A stretch of 59,686 nt of DNA, counting the filler, from Basidioascus undulatus (taxonomy: Eukaryota): the NCBI GenBank assembly GCA_000826855.1. It is 5 parts of 5 records of this genome, joined end to end, with 100 filler letters (N's around TTAATTAATTAA, not from the genome) between each part and the next. Parts side by side here need not be neighbours in the genome. Positions count along the whole stretch, not along the records: positions 15,718 to 23,471 come from JTLS01001499.1; positions 23,572 to 51,834 come from JTLS01000150.1; 3 more parts are not named here. One strand, given 5' to 3'. The translations under genes and the position numbers were made by a program. The notes beneath the pieces are model-generated. The model made no database searches. It had not been told where the DNA came from and saw only the letters and a list, made by a program, of their open reading frames with translations. Of this stretch, positions 23,087-36,924 are shown in pieces (the first letter of the stretch is position 1; every line of letters starts with the position of its first letter).

Positions 23087-26000
23087 TCACGGACCGCCTT
23101 CCCCGAGCTCGGTGCTGCCGCGCTTTCCTACCTCCTCAGCCTCGACTCCCTCTCCCGTCGCCTTTTCGCCAGACCCCTGAGCTTCGATCGCGGACGCCAC
23201 CGTCGCGGTCGAGCACCCGTCCTCTTCCCCCTCACTCGAGCTCGAACCCAGCCGGGCCGCAGCCTCGAATCCAGTCATGGTGGTCGGGGACTCGTCCCCT
23301 TCCGCGTCCGGACTCGGGCTCGCATCCGCCTCGACTGCCACGCTGGACGCATCGTCGGGCTCGAGCGCTTGTCCTCGCCCGCGCTCGGGCTCGAGCTCGG
23401 GTCCAGCGATTCCGTCTCCTTGTCCGCGGGCGTCTGCGTTCTCGGGTGCGGCGGGTCCAGCTCCATCTCCGNNNNNNNNNNNNNNNNNNNNNNNNNNNNN
23501 NNNNNNNNNNNNNNNTTAATTAATTAANNNNNNNNNNNNNNNNNNNNNNNNNNNNNNNNNNNNNNNNNNNNCTGGGGGGGCGGGGGGCGCCTTGTCGTCC
23601 AGGTCTGGGGGAGGGGGGAAGGGCGGCCCGTGGTAGAGCTGGGACGAGTGGCGATGCGGGTCCAACAAGGGGTTGTTGAACGTCGCGGTTTCGCCCTGCT
23701 GGTGGAAGGGCTGCATCGTGCGCGATCGGCGGATACTGAGCGCTTCTGCTTCTTCGGCGTCCTGCTCGCGCACATCGGACGGCAAGAGAACGTGGCAGGA
23801 GGAGAGGAAGGTCAGACGAAGGCATTGCGATGAGAGGCGGGAGTAGACTCACGGCTCGGTCAATCGCGACGGGCAGACCGCGATGACGGCCTCGAATCAT
23901 GACGACCATGAGCAACAGCTTGGACAGCATCGACATCTCGCCGCTGAGCGAGTACGGTTGCTGTGACGTGCATTAACAGCCTTCAGCTACTGTTAAACTA
24001 AACATGAGCACGAAAAAAAAGCGCACTGAAGACACGCCAAGAGACAGGCCCACAGTGCCATAAGCGGACACTGCAGCCAACGAGCATGGTGTTAACTCAG
24101 GCTCGCAAGTACCCACCAAAGTTTGACCTACCGAGCTCGAACAGGATCGAGAAGATGGAGAAGTATGACGACTTCTCGGGATCCCAGATCTTGCCACGCT
24201 GCGCAAGGAAACAAAGTTAGATGAGTAGATCACGCGATCTCACAGTGCGGCTAGGCGTACCTCAAAGATGCACAATAGCCACAACGCAAACGCCAGCCAC
24301 CAAATGTCAAATGCGAGCTGCTTCTTGACGTGCCTATTGTCCCCTCTACTCCTCAGCATCCGGCTCCGCATCGGAACTCGGTCACCAACGTACCAGCCCA
24401 GGTAGGCACCCCTGCAGGTGATCCGAGTCAATATCGATGCAGGTCTTCGTTGGCAAAGATCTTGCTCAACGCACCAAACTTTCCCACGGCTGCCCTCCAG
24501 GTTCGCGGGCTCCTCGTCTTCCGGGTCGTCCTCGAAGATGCCAAGCGACTTGGCCTCGTAGACGTTCGTGCCGCGGACGCTCATGGCGATGGGGTAGACG
24601 TAGACGAACACTGTGGCCGATTTCGAAGGTCAATCCCTCGGCTTTCAGTGTGCTTCAACCCAAACAACGCACTCATCACGACGTAGACAATTCTGGTCGA
24701 GCATGGCCGCGTCAGCTTCGTCGTCTTGGCGACTGGATGAGAAAGAGGGGAGAACTGACTGCACGGAAGGCGCGAGCGACCCCAGATTGACAATGCAGAA
24801 CCCTGCCGCTCGGACGGCGGTGGACTGCATCACGCCGGCGGCAATGCGCGGGCCGATGGGGATCGCTTCGATCGTGGGGTTGCCAATGTCGAGCACGAGG
24901 AAGGATACGAAGTCGGTCAGACTAGGCGCGTCGGTCAGCTGCGTCAGTTTGCGCGTGCCGGTTGCGCAGTGGGCAGGCGTGAACGCACATCATAGCTACG
25001 ACCACGGTCAAAAGGAACCACGTTTGGTGGCTCGGGAAAAGGTAGATGAAGCTGTAGGACAGAGCTGGATTGAGCAACCACACGGCTGGCGGGTGGACGA
25101 TTGTGGGAGCGGCACGAACCATCGTCGTGGGTGGTCGAGCAGAAAATGCAGCGTTTCGAACACGCGGCTGTTAGGTGAAACTACCTTGGTGCCGATCCAG
25201 CTGCAGATCCCCAATCCCCTCGGGTGAGCATGCGCAGACGACAAGCACCTTGCCACGGGACACGTACATGATAAAGCGGAGCATGATAGGAAAACAGGTG
25301 TTGCCGAGCTATGTACGCGCACGCCCAATCAGCGTGTGCGGGTAAAAGTTGGGGGAAGGCCTTTGGGACGCACAAGGATCAGAGCGGAGACGGTGAAAAT
25401 CATGGCGTAGGCGGTTTGGAACTCGATCAGACTGGTGTCGACGAGGGACATGCCGGTGTTGCTGCGCAGCCGAAATGCCTTCAGCGCTGCGTCTGCAACC
25501 CTAATTAGCGCGCGGACGCATCGACTTACCTGTACGCAGAGACGACTTGGAAGGCGGAGTACCTGGGCGATGAAGGTACAGGGTCAGTCGGCTACGCGGG
25601 TCACGGTCGAGAAGGAAGTGGCAACGCACCAGACGGTGTGGAGCGTCCCGCCCTGTCGAGTGACAATGTCCTCGAAGCGCGGGATGAGCGAGATATACGG
25701 CGCGATGATGATGAACCCGATGAGCTGTAAGACGAGGTAGTACTGTCCATTCCTCCCCATCCCAATCAGCGTCTTCACCCCTTCACGAAAAGCAGCACAT
25801 CAACAAAACGCACGCCGACCAACAGCCACGCGAGCAGCTTAAGCGCGCGGTACTCCACGCCCCCCAGCTCCTCCTCCTCCTCGTCCGTCAAGCCCTGAAA
25901 CACGCTATTGCGTCCAACAACCGCATCAAAGCTGATGTACGGGACCTCCCTGGTGGCGGTCCCGTGCAGCGTCGTCCCCCCTCCGCCCCCGCCACCCGTA

Positions 26001-27822
26001 GCAGTGCGGTGCGTGGACGCAAGCGTGTTCGTGCGCGGCATGGTGACGGTGCGCGAGAAGCGGCGCTGCACGGAGGGGATGACGGCCTGCGCCGCGCGCG
26101 ACATGAGCGTGAAGGGGGTGGGGAAGCCGCCGAAGCCGCGGTTCATCGTTGTGGTCGTGCGCGTCGCCGTGCGAGGGAAGCCCGCGCTCGTACCGGAGCG
26201 GCTGGTGTAGCGTGTGGCGCCTTCCGCGCGCCCAGCGAGTCAGCGTAAGTGTTGAGGATCGGAGGAGACAGGACGCACTCCGCTCGAGGGGGACTCCCCC
26301 GCCGCCGCCGCCCAGCCCTGCTGCAGTCGGGCGACGCGCGCCCCACTCCGGCTCGCGGATCGCGATGGTTGCGGAGCGGGGGAAGCGGTCTTCCGCTGCC
26401 GTGTTGGGGTCGTAGGCGGGCGTGTGGACGGCAGGGAGGTGGTCTGCGGAGATTGAGGACAGCTGAGCAGCGTCGACGAGAACAACAAGATCTGAAGATG
26501 GTGTACGGGCGACAGAGGGATGGAGAGCACCGCCAGGCTCAGAAGATCGGCGATCGCCGCGCAGGATCGAGATACCGTCCGCAGTCCTATAGCACCAGCC
26601 CAGATCAGATTGAACGTGCACTCAGCTGAAAGTCTCTGAAAAGCGCACCTAACTGTCCCACCACTCCCATGCCTCCCGCGAGTAAACGACCTGGACTCGG
26701 CGAGCGGCTTCTGGTCCTTCTCCTCCGGCTTGGCTTCCCCGTTCTGCTCTAGCTCCCCCTCCTGCTCCCCCACGGGGCTCATCGCCCTCGGGCTCTCCAC
26801 TAGCGCCTCCAGCCTGCCCTCCTCGGGCAGCTCGCTCGGCTCCCTCCTCGGGCTGCGCTGAGGCGAGTTCGGCTGGCTCTCCGAGATCCACCCGCCGGGG
26901 TTCATGCGGTTGACGAGCGCGGGTCCATCGACGCGGCGGATCATGGTGGGGAGGAGCTTCCGCTTCTTGGACTTGGAGGTGCTCTTCGGCGGCTTGGGGG
27001 AGGATGTCCCGAAGGAGGAGTGGGAGGAGGAGGAGGGCTTGTCGGGCGAGGGCCGGAGCGTGGTCGTGAAGGAGCGGAGACGCGCGCGGATGCCCGTTTC
27101 GCGCGCGGTGCCCTGCCCGGACGTCGCGTCCAGGGTGTTCTTGCGCTCGGCCCGCGCGGCTTTCTGCTCGCGCAGGACATGCTCGAACCGCTCGTGAAAG
27201 AAGTAGCTGATCCCGCCGAGAGAACGTCAGCTGAGGCCCGAGACGGACTGAGCGAGGTGGCCAAGCACGCACCGTCGGATGAGAACCATCACGATCGAGA
27301 CGGTAGAAACGGATCCGGTGGCCATAAGAATAAAGAGGATGACCTGCTGCCATGCTGCGTGAGAGGGAGGGATGGCGAGGGTCAGGAGCTAGGAGGACAG
27401 GACGGCAGTCCGTTTCCAAACGCCCGATTTTCCCGCTCCTACTCCTCGGACCTGCGACTCCTTCGACAAGAGACAAAATATTGGGAGGAAGGAGACTCAC
27501 GCGTCAAGATCGAGAGGTTGATCGTCGACAGGCCGGTGACGGTTGCGGCCGAGACGCAGACGAACAGGCAGTCGATGAACGGCACGTGGTTCTCGCCATT
27601 AGACGCGTAAAAGATCCCGGCGACGATGAGTGGTATAAACGTAAAACAAAGAAGGTGAACTCTGTAACAGAAGCAGTCATGGCTCAGTCTGAAAGTCCCT
27701 CGAGCGTGTGGGCCCGGAAGAACCCACCGGTAAAAGTTGAGGTGCTCGCTAGCCCAGACTCGGATGACCTTGGCCCTGGATGAAGGCAGCAGGTGGTTCG
27801 GGATGTGGATGTTGCGGGGCAT
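23087..27822 (-). CDS. TRK1: TRK-family high-affinity K+ transporter, multi-exon, spans a gap
   Basis: Motifs LNFYR|VHLLCF, FIDCLFVCVSAATVTGLST, YISFDAVVGRNSVF, ELGGVEYRAL, QSTAVRAAGF, SVRGTNVYEAKSLG, SAYGTVGLSLG and MIRGRHRGLPVAIDRAV. The final exon beyond the gap is inferred. Confidence 0.93.
23472..23571. other. Assembly gap with TTAATTAATTAA linker
   Basis: N run with the central linker. Confidence 0.97.
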
Positions 27823-28490
27823 GTCGCCAAGAGTTTCCACGGCGGAAGTGGTTGATTATGTGTAGGATTCCGGGGGACGAGAGGACAAGGTGGGTAGGAG
27901 GGGATCGCTGAGCGGCGGGGCGGGCTGAGGGTGTGCGGGAACGGAGCACAGCCCGACGGGAGCGACAAGGCGCCGGGCTACGTGAGCGTCGTGTAGGGAA
28001 TCCGAACTGCTTCGGTGTAACGAGGATGGCCAGAGAAGATGAAAGCGGGAAGGGAAGGACGACGGCGTCGGTCGCAGTCCCAACTTCACCGGCCGGCCGG
28101 GGCTTCAACAGCGTGGGAAACGATGCCAACGCCAATATTTCGGTTACTCTCGATCGTGCCTTCTATCCAAGGAACTTCGTTTTCTAGCCAAGGGACACGC
28201 GCGGTATGCACGGTTTGATTTCGTTCTATTCGAAAGCCCACAACATATGAAGAAGTGCATCGGATCCCTGAACTTCTTCCTGTTTTCGGGACAACAAGGT
28301 CCTGTAAATTAACAGAAAGAGGTGGCACGATCGACGCCCGCGGAAGGCGTGAGGCTTTCAAGCGGTGACGGCGGCTGCGAGGCTTGGTCAAGATCTGCAC
28401 ACCGGATCTCTCCGGTTCTGCGTTAGGTACCTTCCTTGAACAAGAACGCTATCTGTGGGAAGAGAAAAGTCCCGTCATGAGTAAGCCCAC

Positions 28491-28526
28491 AGGGGAGCTC
28501 AGGATCGTAGGGGAGCTCAGGATCGT
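28491..28526. repeat. Perfect 18-bp tandem duplication
   Basis: AGGGGAGCTCAGGATCGT x2. Confidence 0.85.
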
Positions 28527-31419
28527 GGGCGAGCGGCGAGCCCGCATCGAGACTTGAATGAGAATGCAGCCGCAGCGTATCTTCAGGCGAAGATGCGGTC
28601 CAGTTCACTGAACAATCATTCCCATACAGCATTAAACGGCGTTGTTTTTTTTCTCGAAAGAAAGGGCTTTGAAATACCGTGGGTCCACCACCGAAAGCTC
28701 CCAGTCCTGTAACCGGCTCTCCTTCCTCCGCTGAAAACTGACAGCGCTCTATTGTTTGCAATGGGAACATGCCAGCACACCAGATTTTTCCTTCAATAAA
28801 TTCCCCTTCATTTAAAGATGGGATAGGAGAGGACCTGCTACTTTAACAGCTCAGCCCGCATTGGCATTCGGCATCGACGTCCTCCACCGTAAGTAACATT
28901 GCCAGCATGTCTGACAATACGCCAACACTTTCTACTTGCAACTTTACTGTATCCCGAGCTTTCCAGAGGGTATCCCTGCAAGAGCATGGCTCCAAAAAGA
29001 ATCACATCAATCTCGCCCAGATGTCGCCCTTTTCTCCGTCCCCGAGCTCTCTTCTTCTCCAACCCTCAAGCTTGGACTGGGCCGGCCGGGCCCCATATCG
29101 ACAGAGACGAGGCTTCAGGCAGTTCTGGAAGTTCTCTAAAGCCGGAAGCGTACCCCCCGCGTCGCTGGGCGGGGCGTGCCGTGCTCCAGAAATGAAGGCC
29201 TGGCGGACGAAGAGGAAGAGCAGGGCGGCGAGGCCTGTTTATAGCGTTCGCAGATGTCGGTTTTCTAAATATCTCAGCATATGTTGTGCAATGGCATTAC
29301 CTGTACTCTTCTCGGCGTGGATCAAGGTCAGTACGTGTTTGATAGTATCACTTTGGACTGGTTACCTTGCGAACAAGGCTCCGGCGACGAGTACGAGGGG
29401 GGTGGGCGGTCGCCATGCGATGTTGCTCAACTTGACAACAGCGAGCGGAATGAGGTCGAAACACCACACTAGTGGGTACCTTCCCATCGGTACTTCTCGT
29501 CAGCGACAACATAGCGGGGCTCGGCGACCACCGCAACTCACAGCAGCATCTTCCTCGCGGCTTTCAGCACATGTTCACCGACGGCCGGTGCCTCGTTCGC
29601 CGACGCCGACCCGACCGACCCCGCGGCCGATGTATTTGCTAGGATCCCACCCCCCCACAAATCCATTTCCTGCCGACGTGTGTCACGCGCGGGCAGAGTA
29701 TGACTAGTCGACGTGGGAGCGTGCCTCGTCTGCGTGCGACTTTGGCCTCGCAGAAGCGGTACACGCTCGGGCGCGAGCGGCGGAGCTCGTCGATGAAAAA
29801 GCGGATAAAGATGAAGAGGTAGACGAGGCAGCTGATGAGGAGAATGACGAGGGCCCATGCCTGAAGACGCAGGGTAAGCTTGAATGGCCCATATCCGCAC
29901 CACTCTCACTAAGCGCAGGAGGTAGGGGAGGAAGCAGCAAGCAAACACACCCAGTACCACATCAAAATGACCGTGACGCTGACGCCGCGCCAGCACCATG
30001 CGTCACCACGGTTCGCGTCCCAGAAGCTTTGATGCGGAGCAAAGGCGGTCGGACCGACCACAGCCATGATGATCATGAACGCCTACCCTATCCTGCTATT
30101 GTCAAGTCTCTGCCAGCGTCGAGCGTCAACGCACCCACCCGAGTCCCAAAACTGTATTCGCGGCCCACGCCCGTGGCGTCCGGCCCATGAGGAGAGTGAG
30201 CGTGTATACGTAAATGTTAAAGGTCCCGTGGGCCATAACATTGAATCAGAGCGTGGTTCATTTAGAAGGGGAAAAAAACTAGAGTGTCTGCTCCATACCA
30301 GCTCTCCCTCCAATTTAGCACAACGCGCCTAGAAGTGCCAGTAGGCTTGTACGTCGTATCTTTGAACTGTCGGAGTAACACCTTGTACATATGGGGACCA
30401 TGTACACCCCGCGGCGGACGAACCACGCCCAGTTCAGACTGAATCCCGCGTCATCCGCAGCGTTGCAGATCAGGTCGCTGATGAGGTAGAAGCCCTGCTC
30501 GATGCTTTATTCTGCAAGTATTTCAGTATCCCTGAGCTGACCTACCAGAGGAGTTCGGAAGAACCCGGGGAACCCATCCAACCCCCTGTGAGGCACGATG
30601 AAGGAGAGGGGCTGCTCGCATTCCGTGTCAGCTACCCAAATGCCATGCGCCATACGCTGAAGGAGTCCACCAAGCTCGCCAGGATGCAGTAGATCACTAA
30701 AGAGGCGCTTATTGCGCTTGCCAGACCCGCGGTGCCGATGACGTGGTTCAACGCCCAGCCCCGCTTTACCAGTGCGGGAGAAATCGACAACGACGCACCG
30801 CCAGACCAGCCCTCTCAGCCCCATTGTAGCGTAGTACGCCTCCCAGCCGGCTTCGGTGTGGTTGATTTGGACCATTCACCTCCAACTCGATCAAGTTAAG
30901 GAGATGGACTCAGATGCAGATCAGAACAGCTGCGACCACTCTTGCAAGGTGCTGCTCTTGCATGTGAATGCGACGCGGTTCATGTGAAGCCGCCCAAGTG
31001 GCGGAAGTAGCGGGCTGCATCGATTTCAGAACTTGGCTTGGACTCTAATGCAGGGTCGGTCCACGGCGTGGATCGAGCTTCGAGAATAAGGTGCTGCTGT
31101 CGCCGAGCTACGGCGGCGATCACCACTGTAATCCTCCGTAGGGAGTCACCACGACTTGAAGATTAATAGCACCTCGCAGCAAACCTGAGAACAGAGATGT
31201 CGACTTCTGCAGCAGTCCAACAGATGTACAAATAGACCAAGCTGTTCATCGAGACAGGTAAAGCGCAAATCGTGAGGAGTCGTGAACATGACAAAGTAGC
31301 GACAGTAGCATCGGGAACCTAGAGAAAGATCAAACAAGAAGCAGTATACAGAGTCCCTTGAGATACGGAGGGTATGTGAGGTTTCGGGGCCTCGTCAGCG
31401 CAGGGTGGGCGCTGAGCGT

Positions 31420-34400
31420 CTACGAGTCCTTGAGCGCAAGCACGAGCGCAGTGCGTGTCGGCGTGTAGACCTGCGTGCCGACCAAACTGTAAGCCGTCTG
31501 CCGAGAAAGAGACAGAATGAAAATGCAGCATACCTGCAGCCAGTTCTTGCGGCCGTTCCACTCAAGCGGGGTCGTGAAGAACTGCGTCTTGACATTCACC
31601 CGCTCGTGGCCGCCGAAGCGCTTCTCATCCGAACTGCGCGTCGATCGAGTGTGAGCCGGATGACCGCGGGTCTTTCGGAAAGGTGAAGCTGACCTGAGTA
31701 CGATCCGGTACTCCCCAGGGACATCGACCCCCACGCGGTAGTCGGTGAACGACTGCGTCGGGTGGAAGTTGAAGATGAACAGCAAGCCGGCGCGCTCAAA
31801 CACGACGACCTTGTCGCCCTAAGTCGCAACCACCGGGATCAGAAGGGTTCATTCTGCTTCCAAGGCTAACGACGCGGCGAACCTCGTGCTTGAGCGAGAC
31901 GTAGGCCTGCGGAGCGCTCAGCCACTTATACCTGCTCTCGAGCTGGTTCATCGCCGCGTCGAACTGGCCGAGTAGGGAAGTGTGAGCAGCGCGACTGGAT
32001 GATGCTGAGAGTGAGGAGCGCACCTCGTTCAGGTACTTGTAGCGGAGCAGAGGGTCGTCGGGCAGGTTGAACTGCCGGCGTGCATGCTGGAACGAGTTGC
32101 CGTTGCCCTCGCGCGGGAAGTCAAGCCACTGCGATTCAAAGTTAGCACACTGCTACAGACCGCATTCACACGGAGACTTTACCTCAGGATGACCGAACTC
32201 GTTACCTTTTGACAACCGTAAGCGAAAGTCCGGGTATGCAAAAAGGAGGGTCGAACGTACCCTCGAAGTTCAGGTAACCTTCACCGCCCAGAGAGTGCAC
32301 AATGAGCCTGCACAGTCAAACGTGTCAAAGGTATTGCAGTGCTTGGTCCCTAATAAGCGGACTGACCGAATAAGCTTGTGCAATGACAGACCGCGGTCAA
32401 TGATGGGCGTGAAGGGCGTCAAGTCCGACATGTTGGTGTCTGGATCGCCCACACTCATCAGCCTCGCTCGTCTTCGGATCCAGAAGCGGTCGCACTCACA
32501 CATCTCCTTGTCCATCAACCAGAACGCGATCGTCTTATCGCCCACGAGCGCCTGGTCGTGGCTCTCCGCGTACGCGATGCTCTTCTCGCCGTGGCGGCGG
32601 TTCGTGAGCGTGTGGCAAATGTTGCTCATGTCCCACTCGTCGTCGCTCTTCTCCTTGAGGAGATTGATCCACATGTCGGGCACGGCCATCGACAGGCGGT
32701 AGTCGAAGCCGACGCCGCCCTCGGGGACGGGCCGGCAGAGCGCGGGCATGCCGGATACGTCCTCGGCGATGGAGAGGGTCGGGAAGGGGAGCGACTTCAG
32801 GAGGGTGTTCGCCTGCAACGAAGGTGTGAGCGTGAGGTTGGGGACGGGTTCCGGTGTAAGACGCACAAGCATGAGGTAGACGACGGCCTCCTCCTCGACG
32901 TTCGGACCAAAGTACTCGTGGTAGCCACCTGCGGAACTCCAGGTGAGCAGACGGTTTAGAGCGGCGGTACAAGGGTATCGCACCCGAGAAACCCGTGCCG
33001 ATGCCGTGGTGAGTGTACAGCATGCTCGTCACGCCGTCGAAGCGGAAGCCGTCAAAGCCGTACTCCTCGAGGTAGAAGCGCAAGTTGGAGAGCAAGAAAC
33101 GGAGGACCTCGTGGTTGCCATAGTTGAACAGGCGGCTGCCCATGCCCCAATAGTCAGTCTGGTCGCTTTCGCAGCGTGCTACACGATGAGATGGCGCACC
33201 TGTCCCAGAGCTCGTGCCGCCCCTTGGCACCCTCGTGGAAGTAGCAGTGGTCGGTGCCGTCAAACATGTTGAGGCCGTCGAGGACGTTCTTACACGCATG
33301 GCTGTGCACGACGTCGAGCAGGACGGTGATCCCGAGCCCGTGCGCGGTGTCGATCAGCTCCTTGAGGTCCTCGGGCGTGCCGTACCGAGACGAGGCGGCG
33401 AAGAACGAGGTGACCTGGTAGCCGAACGACGCGTAGCTGGCCCCTCCTACCATGTCAGCCAGCGTTGGCCTGATGTTGAAAGGGATGAACGCACTAGGCA
33501 TGCTCCATCACCGCCATGAGCTGGATCGTGTTGTACCCAAGCGCCTTGATGCGCGGGAGGGTGTCCTTCGTAAACTCCTTGTACGTCCCCACGCGGAGCT
33601 CGGGCGTCGAGATGCCGACTGCAAGCGGGTCGTCAGTTTTTTGGTTTCGCAAATCGGACTGAGAGGGACGCACTATGCCCCTCGTACACCTTGATCGCCT
33701 CCGGCAGCGGCGGGCGCTTGTTCTTGAACTGGTACTTGGTCGGCGGGTTCCAGAAGACGGCGTCGTAGACGGGCGAGACCGAGAGATCCTGCGTGACGCG
33801 CTTGATCCACGCTGGGATACGGTCGACGCGCTCGCCGGAAGGAAGGCCGAGGTGGATCTGCGGAAGAGAGAAAGGTGGTCAGTACCTTGATCAGGGCATT
33901 TGCGGGGTCCCGCGGGGAGACAACATGCGCATGAAGGCGACAAGGAAGGAGTGTAGCAAGCAAAACACACGTATCCCGCACGAGTGCTGTACTGCGCTAT
34001 CGTAGACGTAGTCCAGAGAGGAGTGACCCAACACACCTTGACCTTGGAGTTGTGCGGGATCGCGGGCTTGCCGTTCACGGGCGGGAGCGTGATTTCGAAG
34101 ACGCCGAACGGGTTCTTGGTCATCTTGTGCGAGGAGCGATCCCAGCCGTCTGATAAAGCAGCACACCACCTTTCAGTCCCCACTTGTCCTGGACAAACAG
34201 AAGACGCTCACTGAAATCCCCAATGAGCCACGCCTCGCTCGCCCCCGGCGCCCACTCCCGGTACTGTATGCTCCCGTCCGCCTTGACCTGGAACCCAAAG
34301 TTCTCATAGCCCTTCGAGAATTTGTCGAGCCCGCCCTCAGTCTGCTGAAGGCGCTCGAGCCACTGCTGGTACGCCGAGTATCGGTGCTGAAGCTGGGGCG

Positions 34401-34506
34401 CAAAGTCGGACAGCCACGGGTCGAGGGCGAGGACGCCGCACCCGGGCAGCTTGGAGAGGTCCTGGGGCTTCTCGGGCGGATACGAGGCCTCCGCGCTGGT
34501 TGCCAT
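31420..34506 (-). CDS. GLC3: 1,4-alpha-glucan branching enzyme (GH13)
   Basis: Motifs [79 protein letters not shown] and [17 protein letters not shown]. Confidence 0.97.
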
Positions 34507-35494
34507 TGTGGAATTTGTGGTGGTGGTCGTGAAGCAAAGTGTAAATGGGGATTCGGAGGATGTGGTTGCTGGCCGACCGCTATACCGGGCGAGCATACGA
34601 GCGCCTTCCCCCACGCGAAGTCGTGCGACGTCATTGATCTGCATGGGGTTCGGTCCATGGACTGTCCATGGTTTATAGGTTAATGTTCAAGAACTTGGAG
34701 AATCGACAAACTTTGCATTTTGCAAACGCGTCCTCTCTTGCACCGACGAACTCAAAATTTTACTATAGAGTCGGTATAAACGTCCAAATGTAAATGAGGA
34801 GACATGCATCAGCTGGTTGGGAGCGCACATCGCACTGCAGGGATCTGCCGGAACTGGCAACTAATTGTTACCTGGTCCCCTTGCCCTGCTTTGGCAGTAC
34901 AACCCGCTTAGAGACACTGTTCCTTGCTGTTTCTGGTCCAAGCTAAAGTAAAAGCTAACACGGATGCATATCATTGTTGTATCTGCTCCCCGCAAGCACG
35001 ACGCAATTGTCTGTTGAAGAGAATTGTTGGTACATTGTCGGTCAAACTGTTGGAACTGTTGTAGTCCGTCGCGCCCGGATGCCAGTACTGTACATCGCCA
35101 TTCATCATGAGGACTCCCCTCTCTTCTTCTTTTCTTAACATATTGGGATATGCCATGGTGGTCATTTGTTTTCGGTTGCCAAGGACACCCATCACCTACA
35201 CCTCAACCGGTGACACCAACGTCGTCGTGTCGATGACTGACACACGACCTCAGTGGTACAGCCTGGACGCATTCAGTACCGAAAAAAGTTATTACGGCTG
35301 TTCGCGGGTATTCCTAAGGCTTTCAACATACTATGATCGAGAATAACATAGGCTGGGGGCGGCTCCACCAGTCCATGACGCTTACGACGCATTTCTTGCA
35401 ACTTCGTTGCAGCTCTCACCCGCTCTTCTCCTCAACACTCCCATCGCCAGGACCTATCGAACCCCTCTTAAACTGCGCCTCGCTATTAAACATA

Positions 35495-36483
35495 ATAGCT
35501 CCGTTCAGAACCCGAAGACCATCTACGCCAAGCAGCCGGAGGGCTACCCTGTTCCCGGCGAGCTCACCAAGCTGATGAAGGACGATAAGATCGACCTGGA
35601 GAATGTGGATCTCCAGGGGGCTTCTTGGCCAAAAACGCTTGTGGGTACCTTGTATCTTTAATTTGACGGACCAAATTCGCTGAACGTATCTCAAGAGCGC
35701 AGTGTTTTGAGTCTTGACCCGTACGCTATTTTTCCTACCTCCGGCCGTTCGGAAGCGCCCGGCTGACAGCGTGCGTCATCACTCAGGTACATGCGTAGCC
35801 GCCTGCGTGATGGCGGAGAAGGATACTGCCTTCCTTTGAACGCTCCAAACCGTTGAGTGATATGCTGCAGCATTCTCGCTGAGCGAGAAACACGCTGACA
35901 TCGCTCTGGGCGTAGCCTGATCAACTTCGGCGTCTCGGTCGTTCTCCCTTCGGAAAGGGACAAGGTGAAGAATGGTGATCAGGGTGCAAACAAGTTCGCA
36001 CGCTTCGTGGTGGTGAGTATCAGCGCTTTCTAACCAGTCTCTCAAGGTTGACCTTCCTCGGCGGAAATCTTCAGTGCGGAATGATCATTGACTATAATGC
36101 GTCGGAAGAGGAGCGATTCCTCGTGAAGACCCTTTGGGAAAGAGATTCGTATCCAAGGTGCGAGCCATTCTGCTGTTTGACCCACCCGTTGACCGGCTGC
36201 GGTGGTTCACGCTACACTTGAGGATTCCTCGTTGCTTCTCTGGGTAAGTATGGATCTTGAAAGGCTTGGGGTCATTTTTACTGACACCATGGGTGTAGCC
36301 GATGAGAAGATTCCGACGAAGTTCTATGACACTATCCCGAAGGAGATTGCCGAGGGGAACATCAAGTGCGTTTGGACAAGATACACCCCCCACTGTCAGA
36401 TACTCAACGGCCGTACATGAAGAGTCATGGAAGATGTCACGCAAGGTAGGAAAAGCGGTCGCGGTTTTCTGCCGGACGAGTAG
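35495..36483 (+). pseudogene. Degenerate paralog of the NADP-dependent MDR oxidoreductase at 38869-40659
   Basis: Apparent start codon is ATA. Frameshifts are present. VLSLDP|YMRSRLRDGG, INFGVSVV, ANKFARF, FYDTIPKEIAEGNIK and GKAVAV match the neighbour, and the central part is deleted. Confidence 0.85.
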
Positions 36484-36924
36484 GGCTGGGGCTTTACAAT
36501 TGGAAGACGTGTAGCCTGATATTGTCATATTTTCTTATCATGCGTATGGCATGAGCGACCGAGCGACGACTGGCAACAGCGTTGCAAGCATCACACAGCG
36601 TGTTCTGAGCACCCTCCTTCGCCCGCACACCCCCGCTACTCCTCTCGCCATTTTATCTGGTTGACCACTCATACCGTTTCCCGCCATATTTCTCGTTTTC
36701 CATGTTTAGACATGCTGAAGAATCATCTGTCTCCGCTTTATAGTGAACAAGCACGCTCGGACATAACGCCGAAGACGCAGCCCCAACCTGCGATCATAAC
36801 GTCACGTGCGACGACCTTCGGCCGTGGCACAAAACAGGCTATCAACCCGTTGCCAGCTCCTGAGGACTGCTTCCTTTCATCCTACCACCACCTTCTACTC
36901 CTGCACCGTAGTACAACACATATC

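Noticed and set aside
29700..31130. Fragmentary coding-like stretches between TRK1 and GLC3
   Set aside because: No coherent gene model or recognisable motif could be built.
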